DNA from: Macrostomum lignano | Lineage: Eukaryota | Reading direction: 5' to 3' | DNA: 64,000 nt | Assembly (NCBI GenBank): GCA_002269645.1 | Contig: NIVC01003273.1 | Location: 1 to 64,000 of the forward strand | In this document: positions 1 to 12,986 of the stretch, piece after piece | Layout: every line of letters starts with the position of its first letter | How positions within the stretch are numbered: the first letter of the stretch is position 1 | Program-made: the position numbers and the translations under genes | Notes under the pieces: model-generated | What the model was told of the DNA's origin: nothing | The model's database searches: none | Seen by the model: the letters and a program-made list of their open reading frames with translations, nothing else

Positions 1-145
1 AAATTAATATATGCTTTCTATATTTAATTTTAGATGGCCAAAACTGTGCAAGTACAGGCGTAAAGTTTGCCACAGAAGTTGAAAAGTTTCTTTAAAAGGC
101 TTAAAATAGTTTACTCAGATTAAAAACAAATTTCTGATATTTTAG

Positions 146-3100
146 GCATTTTCTCTCCGGGACTTGCCATCGATGAGTCGGCTGTCTGCCGCGTGCATCG
201 AACGGCATCTACATACTCAGGGTGAAGTCCTACCGCGATGGATCACCAACTAACTATGGCTTCAAACTGCTGTACTTGATGATCAACACTGCTCCAGACG
301 TAAGCCTGCCTCTCTGTTCGAGCCTTTCCTACCGTTGGCGAAGCTTTGAATACGAGATTTCAGCTTACGTGCGACGGCGCCACGGATAGCGACGGCTCAC
401 TAAAGTACAACATTGGTTACAGCCAGCTGGAGAACCCAAGCGGACCGGATGACTGCATTCCGATTGAAATAGGTGAGCAGTGCATTTTCGCTATTAGTAA
501 ATAGCTCAATACGTCATCTTATTTACTGAATACCGCTATCTTGTCAGGTGCCAAATGAATGCAAACTAAGCCAGGCTACAATGCTACCTAGCGGCGCTCA
601 GAAGCGTGACTACATGATTACTATCTGCATTGAGGTGTTTGACGCAGCGATGGCTTCATCTTTCTATAATATCTCCACCTTGCTGCCGAGTCAAGGAGCG
701 ACAAATGAGCATTGACGAGCTCAGCAATGGAAACATCTACAACAGAATTGAAGGCTCGCTTACGGAGGAAACTCTCGTGAAATGGGTAAGGCTGCGTTCC
801 CAGCCATTAACTCCCTTAGCACTGTAACAGTGGATACACCTGCTCAGGTTCAAGAATGATTCTATTCAAGCGCAAAGTTGTTAATCTGATATCAAAGTGC
901 GTTAACGCCTCTGATAGCAACACCACGACAGACAATCGACTGAGAGACCTCGAATTCCAGTCGAAAATGCTCAGCACAATTACTGAGGGTGAACTTGACG
1001 AGGATTCACTTGACGTAGTTGCTGAAACGGCAAAAAATATGGCAAAAAATCTGCTTGAAATCTCGCAGCAGCGCGGCGTGTCTACCACGAAGTTCTCGCT
1101 AGCGTGAATCGGCTAGTTACATCCTCCGAAAGTATTACCTCGTCACTTAACAACGCAGAGCAAAACGGAGCAGGAAACCAAGACAAGTCGTCAAACAAAC
1201 TAAAACTTGGAAACAAGCAGCTAGGCAATTACATTACCGCTGCCGATTCTTTGGCTAACAAAAATGGTCACGGATGAACGGAGAGACGCATATTTCAACT
1301 CCCAACATCAGCATTGTGGTCGTGAAACGGCAGCCAAGCAAACTGAATAATGGTACGCTAAAAACTATTCATTGTTTACTTTTAATGCTTAAATTCTTTT
1401 TAACTATTACACAGACCATAGTTATTACTTTTTAAACTTCCAGCAAAACTCAAGGCCAGCGGTTCAACAGGATGTGACAACTTCAAGCTCGGCGATTTCA
1501 AAGATAGCTACGGAAGCAGCCTCTTAGTGGAACCGGATCGAGAAATCCTAACACAACGGTTCCCTCCCAGTCAGCGCTGACGAAAGTAAGACTCTTTCGT
1601 TTCTTACTTTAAGTAATTTTAGCATGGCATCTACTGCACGAGGCCTTTTTAAATCTCCAGGTCATCAAAAGCAAGTCAAACTTGTTCGCATCGGCCAAAG
1701 GCGGTGGAAACATGAGCTCGAGCACTTACTCCATTACCATGTCCTCCTCTACAAATGGGGAATATGACATCAGTGATCTCGGTTCATCTTCTTGGATTGA
1801 AATGCGGCTCACTAACATAATGGCGGACAATGAGACACTTCCCAGCACTTACGGACAGACAGCAGACAAGTCTGTCACTCTGCAAACTCAGAAAGTACTA
1901 GTGGAGACCAGCAATGCCTTGTTCGTGAAAGTTGAGCAATATCTGAACTCGACCGACGCCACCGCTCGCAACGAAACTACGGCCACGAACCTATTGAACT
2001 ACGGCTTCCTAGTGTACTTTAAAGCGGGAGAGCCACCTACTGATAGCTCCTATGACCGGCTGTGCCAGCTGCCGCTGCCAGCAACGACTATGTGTAGTGC
2101 ACCTTCTAACGCCTCCGACTCGAGTTCGGGCTCCGAGTTTAGACAGGAGCCGTGCAACTGTAGGAACAGCACATTGGGTTGGTTCTGCTCTCCCTTGACT
2201 GACTATAATGGGACGTCAGTACCAGCTGGACCGGACTATAAGCTGACCAATTGTATGTGCAACTCGACTTGGTGCAGTCCAAACAGCGACTTGGATTCAA
2301 CAGACAATTGCGAGAAGTCGAATTCATATCAGCCTGACTTGTGGACTTGCTACCTTTCAGTGGACGATCTCAATACGCACGTGTTTTTATGCTTATATGT
2401 CTTTTAATAATTATAACTTCAATACAAAGCGAATATTATTTACTATAATTACAGCCGCGAGGTCGAAAAAACCGTCCACTTCGGCATTCGAGCAATTAAA
2501 CTGGACGTTGACGGAAAGCCATCCGTGAAAACTATAGATGGTGACAGCAGCAGTGGCAACAGCGAAAATTCCAAGATACCAGAGTATCAGTACCTAAGCA
2601 TGGACTTCAAGAGCACAGCGTTTACGGCTGGCTGTTATTATTTTGACACGAATTCTTCTCAGTTTAGCAATATAGGCGTTCATGTATGAAAACGTTTCAG
2701 AATAAACTTTGTTTAGTTTTCAATAACCCCTCAAATTATAAATACGTGTTGAAAATGTTTTTTTTCAGGTCGGTCAGTGCAGTACGCCAACTGAAACGCA
2801 ATGCTTCAGCAGCCACATGACTTCGTTTATGTCTTCATTCTACGTGCCACCGTTGGCGTTTAATCCTTCCGACTCGGCTGGCTGAAGCTGGACAGCAACC
2901 CGATCGCACTGAGCGTGGTCCTGGCACTGGTCTGTTTCTACCTAATCATTGTTGTTTGGGTTCGCAGAAAAGACAAGGACGACATGAAGAAGGTTGGCGT
3001 CACGCCGTTGCCAGACAATCATCCGGCAGACGAATTCAGGTAAGTAATTATTATCTTCTTCTTTACGGACAGGCTTGACTCTCCGACTGATCTTATGAAA

Positions 3101-6100
3101 GCTTGAAGTTATCAAAACCTTATGCAATTTTAAAACATTCAATAATTGTTTAAAATTCTCAGGTATGAGTTGACTTTCTGGACGGGCGCCAGACGACACG
3201 CCGGCACGACCGCCCAGGTGTCATTCTCTTTGATCGGCGAGGACTCGGAGAGTGAGGCTCGGCCGGTCCTTGATCCTAAGAGACCCGTTCTGCAAACTGG
3301 CTGCGTAGACTCGTTCTTCATGACGACTCCGAGCTACCTCGGCCGTCTCACCCATGCCAGGATTTGGCACGACAACGCCGGCTCAGATCCCAAGTGGTAC
3401 TTCAATCGATTGCTGGTTGAAGATTTGCAGACAGGAGACAAGTACTTCTTTATCTGCAATCGTTGGTTCGCATTTGACGAGGATGACGGAATGGTAAGCT
3501 AAGCATTTTATTGAGTAGACATTGCACTGGAGCAGAGACGCAACATCAGTGTGCCAATTTCAGGTGGACAGGATTTTGCCCGTGTCCGGAATGGAGGAGG
3601 TCAGGAAGTTCGAAGTCGTCTTCTGGAGCAAGGCGCAGAAGAACCTCAACGACGGCCACCTGTGGCTCTCGGTGGTGACCAGGTCTCCCAGGAGCAAGTT
3701 CACGAGAGTCCAGCGAGCCACAGCCTGCTTGGTGTTGGTCATGAGCACCATGATGGTCAACCTTATGTTCTACGGACAGTCAAAACATGTCGAGAGTCCG
3801 CAACTCATCGAGTTCGGCCCGATAAAGCTCACTGCTCACAGCATCTACCTGGCAACTGTGTCCTCGCTGATCATCCTGCCGATTAACGTGCTCATTGTTG
3901 TGCTGTTCAAAAACAGACGCAACAAGCCGAAGAAGGCCTCAAAGGTGAAGCCACGCGGCCGGTCACACCTGACGAAGAGAGCGGCGCTGGGATGGTGAAA
4001 AGTATGCCATTGGCGAACCGTCTGTCGCCACCGAAGAAGCCGCCGGAAAGTCGCTCAAGTCAAAAGTCCTGGCTCGAATCCGCCCAGCCGTGCGCCGCGT
4101 GTGGCCTCTGCCTTGGTGGTCCTACATCATCGGCTACATCCTGTCGTTTCTCAGCGTGGCCGCGTGCACCTATCTGATGGTGGAGTTCGGCGGAGTTCTC
4201 GGCGAGGCCAAGACGTCCGAGTGGCTCGCCTCGATGCTTGTCACTTTGCTGCAGTCGATCGTGCTGATTCAGCCGGTGAAGATCGTGGTGATCGCCGCCG
4301 CCTACGCTCTGCTGGTGAAGAAGATCGACGAGGACGAGGACGAGGTGACGAAGGAGATGGTCGCTGCGGGCCTCCCGCCAGTGCACGAGCGGCTGAGCAT
4401 CAAGGACCTGACCGACCCCAGCAAGAGGGAGATGTTCCTGAAGTCGAAGCGGGCGCCTCCGCCGCCTGATGAGCACGTGCTGAGGGAGTTGCGGGAGCAG
4501 CGGTAAGAGAAATTCTATCACCATTTCACCGTTGTAACTTTTTAAGTTTGCACAAATATTTTTGAACTAATGTACAGTTTCTACTACAGTCTATTTTAAC
4601 ATCACCATCCAGAATCCGTGAGAAAAACATGAACGACATCTTGAAGGACATCGTTTTCTACATTCTGTTTCTCGTAGTACTCATGATGGCTGCCTACACT
4701 AGTCAGGATTACCGATCGTATCTGCAGAACAATTATGTGAAAAACATGCTGACCAAGGGTATCTACGTTCAAAATGAGACGCATCAGGCCAAAACGATGT
4801 CTTCAGCTATACGTCGTGACTCATTGTGGGACTACCTAAACAACACTGTGATCCCAACTGCCTATCCGATTGCCTGCTACAATGGGGAATTCTGCAATCA
4901 AATTGGCTTGAACTGGACCTCGGATCCGAACCTCATGCTGGTTCGGATGGCGCAACTCAGACAGCTGCGAATCAAGAAGGCTGTTGACAGCTGCAAAATT
5001 TCTTCGTACTTTGCCAACATTATTAGCGAGTGCCGCCCTGAGTACAGCATGTGGAGCGACGATGAGAGGTCCTTTGCACCTGGCTGGCTGCTGGCAAATT
5101 CAACCAGTAAGTTTGCCAAATGACAACTGTCTGTAGTTTGTCAGTGATTAGTTTTATAGGTCATTAACCCTAAGGAAGATTGGTATTTTTATTGGGCCAA
5201 TAATGATAATTCTGTTTTAAAGATCGTAGATACATCATTAAAGCCAGCTCAATGTAGCCCCAAAAGTTCTCTCCACATTCAATCGCAACACTTTTACAGT
5301 AGACATACCAAACCTTCTCAGAGTATTATGGATTCTAAAGTGAATGTCTGGACGAAAGATAGAGCCAGTTCAGGTGAAGCTTTCATGTAAATCTAAAGGT
5401 TACCGACAACAATCAGAATCGGAAGGTTGCTGTAGTCGAGTCCGTGACAGTGTTACATTCAGCAACATGGTTAAGTTTCTACCCCGAACCCAGTTCATAA
5501 GGCCTGACAACTGAGAGTGGCAGCTTCAATGCAGCTCTAGCCATAACTCTCCACTCTCTCCGCACTAGCGTGAGCAATAGAGGTTTGCTAAGTAGATTAC
5601 CCACAGTTGAGACAAGAACTGCGGGCGTGGCGTGAATCGCATCACTTGGGCTGCTGAGCTCCGAGAAAAGTACGAGCGTAAACCACTGATTTTGAGTTGG
5701 AAACTTTAACATGCTACTGGGTGTAGTTTTTTAGCGAAAAAAACCTGAATACAAGCTGTACTATTCCAGCGCCAGTCCAACCCGAGTGGACCTACACCGA
5801 CGCTATGGAGATGTACGGCACACCGGTTGGCGGCACCATCGCAACTTACTCAGGCGGCGGCTATGTAGCCTCGCTAGGCCGCAATCGTTACGAAGCTCGG
5901 TCAAAAGTAACGAAACTGGCCAAAGAAGGTTGGCTAGACGTTTACACGAGGGGCGTATTCGTTGAGATGCTTCTGTACAATCCAAACACCAATCTGTTCA
6001 CATTCTGCGAGCTGCTGCTAGAGTTCCACAACGGTGGCTCATTCTTGCCCGACCCGATGATTTTCACGCTGCGAATGGATCGATACGTCGGCGCCAACGG

Positions 6101-8645
6101 GATGCTGTACCTCACCTTGGACATTGTCTCGCTAATCTTCATTGTTGTTTTCTTGGTGAAAGAAATCCGAGCGTTGCATAAGAAAAAGTGCAGCTACTTT
6201 CAGGTAGGAACATTCTGCTTCCCTACAGTATATGTTCAGCGCCTCTGCATGCGTTTCTGTAATTCTACTTCAACAAAAACTTACAGGACGCATTCAACGT
6301 CATGGATTTTGTTTTGCTTCTTGTCTGCTGCGCTGAAATCGGCCTGTTTGCCACGAGAATTGTCGCCCAGAAGGCTGTCTCGTACCTGCTCAGAACGTAT
6401 CCGAATAAGTTTGTCAACTTTCAGTGGCTGATACTTTGGCAGCAGGTGAGTGTGATCTTTCGTTTGATAGCAAATTTCATTGGAGACGCCATCGCAGCAC
6501 AGCAATAGAAATACTGAAGCTACCAGGGTACTTTCCTTGTTTTTTTCAACTGATTTCCAGATGAACCAGCTGTTCATGGGCCTGATCGTGTTCATCTTCA
6601 CGATTAGATTCCTCCGCTTGTTAACGTTCAACCGAAAGATGCGCATGCTGGGCTGCGTGCTGCAGAAGGCGGTGAAGCCTCTGCTGCACTTTGGCGTCGT
6701 GTTTGGCATCATGTTTTTTGCATTTGTGCAGATGGGTTACTTTATGTTCTTCTGCAATGTGGAAAGCTTCAAGACTCCGATTGCCACTGTGGAGACGTTG
6801 GGCGTTATGACTCTGAGTGAGTTGGTGCTTTATAACTTGTTTATATCAAACAGGTATGCGTTTAAGGCATGCATGCTCCCAGCAGGAAAATCAAGGAAGA
6901 ACTATAAAGGACGAAATCCGAAAATGTGTTCGAGAATACGAGATTTAACTAGCTCGCATATAGGGCATTGGCAACCGATAAAAAACATGAGGTTTTATGC
7001 GTCACGGGACTGATTGAAATGCTCCTAGCTCCTAAATGGAACCTAAGATCTAAGTAAAAGAATTGTCAGGGATGATAGGTATTTCTTATATATATATCAG
7101 TGTCTAGTGTTTACTGACCGAGGCCAAACATATTGCGAAAACAGAGAAGCACTATAAGCATATTTACCACCAGTACGAATTTTATTGCATCGAGAGATTG
7201 CATTTTGATGGAATTTATTGCCCATTAAGAGACAGGGACACCTACCAAGAGACATGGGTGCCCACAAAGAGAAGGGGGCGCCCACCGAGAGACAGGGGTG
7301 CCTACCAAGAGTTAGCGGTTGCCCCAAAAAGACAGAGGCGCCCAACAAGAGACAGGCGCGCCCACCGAGAGACAGAGACACCTACTAAGAGACATGGGTG
7401 CCCACAAAGAGAAAGGGGCGCCCACCGAGAGAAAGAGGTGCTAACCAAGTGATAGGGGCGCCCAAAAAAGACGGGCGCCCACCGAGAGACAGGGGCTCTT
7501 CGAATTAGCATTCCTGCCAATGTGCACCAGTGGAAGGACACATATGGGAGATTCACTACAAAAATGCTAGATGTGCATGTGCATATTGTTTAATATATAT
7601 TATAGTAGCGAACAGTTGGCCTCTACATGTATATGCGTATATTAGGTACACTATATTTTCCGGTATCTTCATTATGCGCCACAATATTTTGCAGACAAAT
7701 TCGACTTCACAACCTTCATCGTTGGCGGTGGAAACCTCGGCATGATATTCTTCTTCTTCTACATGTTGTTCGTCTCTTTCATCCTCATTAACTTCTTCCT
7801 CACCATCATCCTGGAGAGCTTCTCGGCTGTCAAGGCCGACTGGGCCAACGTCTCTAACGAATATGAGATCGTGGACTATGCGGTTTCCTGTATAAGATCG
7901 CTGTTTGGCTGCAAGGAGGCCGCCAATAAGCTGCATCACATCGATACCAGGTTCAACTATATGCAAGGTAAATTGACAACGAACACCTCTACATGTACAT
8001 GATCCCGGGATCTCAATTGTAGGGATTATTTATCTTAACAGATTTCATATGGATACTGATTGTCAATGATGTCGTACAGTTTTTTCCAAGGCATGGGTCC
8101 GCAAAGCCTCTCTATCCGGTCTTCGGGTCCTTTGAAACTTTACAGTCAATCCGGCCCGTTCAATGTTTGTGTCACTTCTCAGATCTCTCTCTTCCCCCTT
8201 CTCTCCAGTCTCTCCTCTTCTCTTCCTCCTCTGAGCCGCAGTAATGCGTTAGACTCTCTATTTGACTCTTGAGTTTGCTGACCCCTGTTCTAAGGCAACA
8301 AAATTGAAATAATCAAGCTAGGAATTAACTCAGGAATTTCCTAAAGGCTCACAAAATACGCCCAGAATGCAAGCCAGAACCTGGCAGACAGCAGTTCCCG
8401 GATTGGTTTGATCATTCGACCATCTCAACTATATTGTTATCAATTTAAATTGAGACATCTAAATTACATCTAAATTATAAACCAACTCTGCAGAAACCTC
8501 AGATGGACAGCAGCATCTGATGGTGCTGGACGGGAAGCTGGACGAGCTGGAACTCTACATCTGCACGGCCGGAATTCGACTAGAAGAGCAGCAGGCTAAA
8601 GCAATCAAAGCCAATCAAGAGAAAATCGTGTACAATGGAGACTGA
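146..8645 (+). CDS. Polycystin-1-like (PKD1 family) protein, 5' end outside the window; about 10 one-base frameshifts in the 5' half (sequencing error or pseudogenisation)
   Basis: Exons approx. 146-472, 549-785, 848-1352, 1444-1585, 1661-2376/2380, 2455-2683, 2769-3039, 3163-3493, 3564-4502, 4613-5106, 5770-6203, 6287-6445, 6561-6816, 7695-7967, 8494-8645 (TGA). Motifs: REJ-like PTVGEALNTRFQLTCDGATDSDG; GPS CYYFD...TQCFSSHM/TSF; TM1; PLAT YELTFWTGARRHAGTTAQV...RIWHDNAG; HLWLSVV...FTRVQRA; LPWW...WL...QPVKI; TOP domain YSGGGY...WLDVYTRGVFVE; pore and S6 helices. Splice phases are consistent for all exons after 3995. Confidence 0.92.
7225..7495. repeat. Degenerate 21-bp minisatellite (CCAAGAGACAGGGG(T/C)GCCYAC family) in a PKD intron
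   Basis: About 12 diverged units, the same unit as the array at 57835-58630. Confidence 0.8.
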
Positions 8646-9297
8646 CATATCAATGCAGATTAATGGAATAAGCTAGGCTGCTGAAGAGAAACGTTGGAAA
8701 ACACAAAGCTGATAAGAAACGGACGCAATTTTTCTTTTGGAGAAAAACTTTTTAAGACACAAATATATATATCTATTATTTTTTCTTATTTTTATGTTTA
8801 AACTGTGCCTTTTCCGGCTACTTTTAAGTAGATAGGTATAGATTTCTATCTGACTGCCTCAGCGACTCTAATTCTACGTAATTAAAAATAGTCTTACTTG
8901 CTATATCGAAATACTGAAAGAGAGAAACTATTTATAAGTTTCATTAATTTAATTAAAAATCTTTTGAGTTTTTATAAAAAGTCTATTTTTTCTGAGAAAC
9001 TTATTTTCTGAGCTCTGCAATCATTACTTTATATTCTTTTTAAGTTAAGCCTCTATATTCTTTATGTTTATTGCTTCTATCCTGTGTGTTTATAAAGAAA
9101 TCAGATTTTATTATAATCCTTGAGAAATATAAATATTTATATTCAGACTTTATCAAGCTGCAGATTCTATTTTTAGCCTTTAGTTATGGCATGCAAAAAG
9201 TTTCTGGTTTTTTCACGTGATTTTTAATTAACATGAAGTATGAAGCATTATTCTCGGTAAAACTAGAACTTAAAAAAGAATTTTAAGTCGCGTCTAT

Positions 9298-9412
9298 CAG
9301 GGACTTCTGCTCACCTATCGCAGGCCTATCGCTCGCATTTTTTCTATGGCACTTACTGGCTCACCGTCCCTGATGTGCGAGCTATGGTATACTTATATCG
9401 CAGAAGTCCCTG
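9298..9412. mobile_element. Small MITE-like element
   Basis: Perfect 13-bp inverted repeat CAGGGACTTCTGC / GCAGAAGTCCCTG; no clean TSD seen. Confidence 0.4.
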
Positions 9413-10872
9413 GGATATCAATCCTATTCGCCGTTAACTTTTTTGTTTTGTTCAGGGTGTCATTTTACAAAGATTCCAAAGTGTATGACAACATCCAATT
9501 AGACTACTTATATGCCATAGACTATGCCCCGAAAAGCCATAGACTTTAAATGGAGAATCTAAATGAGACGCAGTGCCTTATCAATACGAGAACGATCCCT
9601 CAGCTAGTTTACAAATTTCTCTGTTTCAACCTGCTGCACCTCAACTTTAAACTGTACAACTATTATGGCTCCACCGATTCCAACAGAAGACCGTCAACTC
9701 CTGATTGACGCAGTGAATAACGAATCATTCATTCTATAGCTAATGCTTAATTATTAGAGATTTCGAAAAAAAATCGGTTACTTTCCATTTAGTCTCGTAC
9801 CGACAGGCTGCGTGTCTTTTTATTCTTCATTTATAGTCTATGGATTATACGGGCGTACTTAAGGCCATGTTTTTTAACATCGCTCGTGCTGAATACAAGC
9901 TAGTATGAAGAGGATATGGAGTCTATCTAGTTTTGCTTGGCCACAATCTCTTTTAGAACGCCAAAAGCGATACTATACTTTGCTCTAATAACAATGAAAC
10001 AAATGATCGGTTTTGCAGCTCAGCTTCTTCCAATAGACAGACGTCCACTTTTCAAAGAATTACTGCAGGATTTACCATATGGATAGCGTTCGTACAATTC
10101 TTCAACATTCCATGCATTGAAGTTGTCTTTATCTCTGATTTTTTTCAATCGATTTGGTCTATGGTAAAACCCTATTCAGAGCTGAACAAAACGCAAATTC
10201 GCAAATTCGGTTTGGATCTGTTAAAATAGTTTGTTATCAGTTGTCTAAGAATGGTACCTTGTGCGTAGGTGCGTCCTCAGTCGGAACCTCAGTAGCAAAC
10301 TAAATGACTTTTTAAAAGACACTTTACAAAATTCTAACTAATTCTTCAGACGTGATTAACCGTACCAGAAGTAAAACCAGCATGGGATTATATATAATTG
10401 GTTACAAATAGTATAGAAAAATGAGAAAGAAGAGTAGAGGGCGCTTCTGGAATACGGAATGGACGACTTCCTGTCTCTTCGCAAAAATACCCCCAGGCCA
10501 TAAAGAAATTCATAAGTAAAAAATGGCGAGAAAAAGGGGGAACATAAAAAGAGTAGCACAAAGAGAAAGTGGAATGGGATTAAGAGCCCAGCCATTCAAG
10601 AGGCTGGGAATGTAACCATGAGGCGTGTCGCGGACTATAAAGTGCAGTTAGTAATGCATCACGGGAGCGCCATTAAAGTTGGCAAAGAAGCTGCGATGCA
10701 AGATGATGCGAGAGATGGCGGCGGTATATATCTTTTTTCAATCGAACAGACAGAAAACGTGTATAAAAGCCGCACTACACTAATGTTGCTTGCACTGGTA
10801 AGAAACTCAAACTTGCTGAGCAGGGTGTAAGTGTACGAGAACAGATCAGTTCATCATCAATTCGCCTTGAGA

Positions 10873-12548
10873 ATGGCGAACACAGTCACTAAAACGCACT
10901 CAATGCCCGAGCAATACCAACTGCCAATACGGGATGGCAATGCGGATGGGCAGGACGCCACTTATCAAAGAATCAGCTCGTCGTTGGAGGAGAGTCAGCC
11001 GCAGGAGCAGCAGGAGACTGTGCTACTAATCGGTGGCAAAGGCAGCTGGAGGAGTCAGGTGAGCAACCAATAACCATGCTATGCTGCTGCGGTAGTACGG
11101 AAGTTGCCCGCCGAAGTTTGCCCACATTTGAATTTCAGCCACAAAAATTTATATGAATTTACGGGGATTTAAGTTTTAACAATAATTCTGTACTAGCAAT
11201 GCGCTCTGCTCAATATTACCTTGCTTAGACATCTAATTTACACATTTTAATCACATATATCTGTTAACTGGTCCCATTAACCACGTGATCCGGAGCCTAG
11301 AAATCCTCCAACTCGTCTTTATAACAGCACTAAAGAGCTCAGAAATTAAGAATTGCTTGTTAAAATGAGAAGTTGAAAAAAACCTCGAGCTCTTGTCACA
11401 ATAGTACAATGAAATGCACGTGTAAATAGGTAAATAATAAATTATGTAGGACACGAATGGGAACATGTACGATTTTAAGTCAAGCCAACATTAGTGACAT
11501 CGAAGGATGTTGAAGGTTACCGTCATTGCTTTGACAGAGGACACTGATAAAAAATTCTAAAGAACCAGTTTGATGAATTTACGAGTATATTGTATCTTTA
11601 AACTGGAATGGATAAAGATTTCTTTACCAAGATACAGAATGAAAAATAAGACTTGAATCTTGAATCGACCATTTTGGCAAGAGAAGAATGGTCCGGGGTT
11701 ATTTAGTAAAGTGGACAGAGGGCCCTGTCTGGGGCCTCCTCTAGGCCCGCCGCAAATCAAAACGACTAGGTGACTTGAAGTCAGTCAGGCCAATTTTCGT
11801 TCTGGAGCCTCAAAAAAAAGTAATGCGGCTGCATACGATGCAGGGTATCTTCGTGGAAGGTCCATGACCTTTCGCAGGAAAGCCTGACCGCGGTTGACTG
11901 AGAGCTAGTCGGCAGTGTGCCCTCCCCCAGCTGCCACAACTCACAGGAGTAATTTGCACTTGATTGACATTCTGCCTAAAAATAATTTTCGCTATTTGTT
12001 CTTCTTTTGGCACTCAGGTTCGAGTCCTAGGCAACAGAAGGCGCTCGCGTGAAAAAACTCAACAGCAAAGCCAGGAGAAGCATTCGCCAAAACATTCGAC
12101 GTCATCTAAGCCGACGCTCTCTGAGCAGCGGCGCCACATCCGCTACCTGGCTTGCGCTCGGTCCCGTCACGAGCTCGAGCAAAAACAGCAGCAGCAACAG
12201 CGGCAATGCCGCATCAGACGGGAGCGCATCTTCCAGAAGCAGAAAGAGCGAGACGAACTAAACGAAACGCTGCCACCCAGGACAGATCTGATGTCCAGAG
12301 ATTTGTTCCATTCTGGCCTATCTGTGGAGCAGAAATTCGAACGATACCTGCAACTTCACTGCCAAGGACAACAGCAGCAACGCTGCGCAGACGGCGAGGA
12401 AGTCCGCTTAGACACTGGACTGGAAGATCAACGACTAGCAGGTCGACAAGATCCCGAAGTCGGGCTTCGAGTAGTAGGAGGTCACGTGACCTGCCGGCCA
12501 AAATGGAAACCAAATGGCGGCGACAAACGGAACGACGAATCAAAATAG
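10873..12548 (+). CDS. Orphan hypothetical protein (about 239 aa, Gln/Arg-rich, probable coiled coil)
   Basis: Exon 10873-11058 ends at CAG|GTGAGC and joins in phase 0 via TTTTGGCACTCAG|GTT to exon 12018-12548 (177 codons open, GC-rich). The start is uncertain and no family is recognised. Confidence 0.45.
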
Positions 12549-12844
12549 TAGTATATATCGCTTATTATTGTGCTGCAGCCATTATTAAGACTTACTTCAA
12601 AGGATATATATGAATCTACTAAATAAAAAAAATTTAATACAAAAAAGTTTCCAAAGTTTTTAATAACAGTAGCTCATACTGCGAGACCAATTACCAACTC
12701 ATAAGCGCTTCAAAGCGAATCATAGCTTAGCTGACTCAATTTATTTGACGGCAGTAACGCCAATGCTAAGGCAGAGGCTAATAATGCGCAAATGCCAGAT
12801 TTCAGTCGGCATCCTTTTTAAACTTGTCTGCCACTAACCTGTCT

Positions 12845-12960
12845 GACACCGCATATCTGCCTCTTATTGTCTGTCTGTCATTTTGTCTGTCTGTCATTGT
12901 CTGTCTGTCTCTGTCTGTCTGTCATTTTGTCTGTCTGTCTCTGTCTGTCTGTCACTGTCT
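12845..12960. repeat. (TCTG)n-type microsatellite downstream of the CCDC86 stop
   Basis: Imperfect tgtc/tctg runs. Confidence 0.8.
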
Positions 12961-12986
12961 GTACAACAAAGTCAGCCAAGCCAATC

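Noticed and set aside
2630-2830. Loss of two GPS cysteines as a novelty
   Set aside because: A two-Cys GPS is also the state of vertebrate PKD1 as I recall it, so it is expected for this family.
5107-5769. Nested gene in the PKD intron (55-codon + frame after an AG at 5223; 77-aa minus-strand ORF)
   Set aside because: There is no recognisable homology or consistent splice partner, and the flanking PKD exons join in phase without it.
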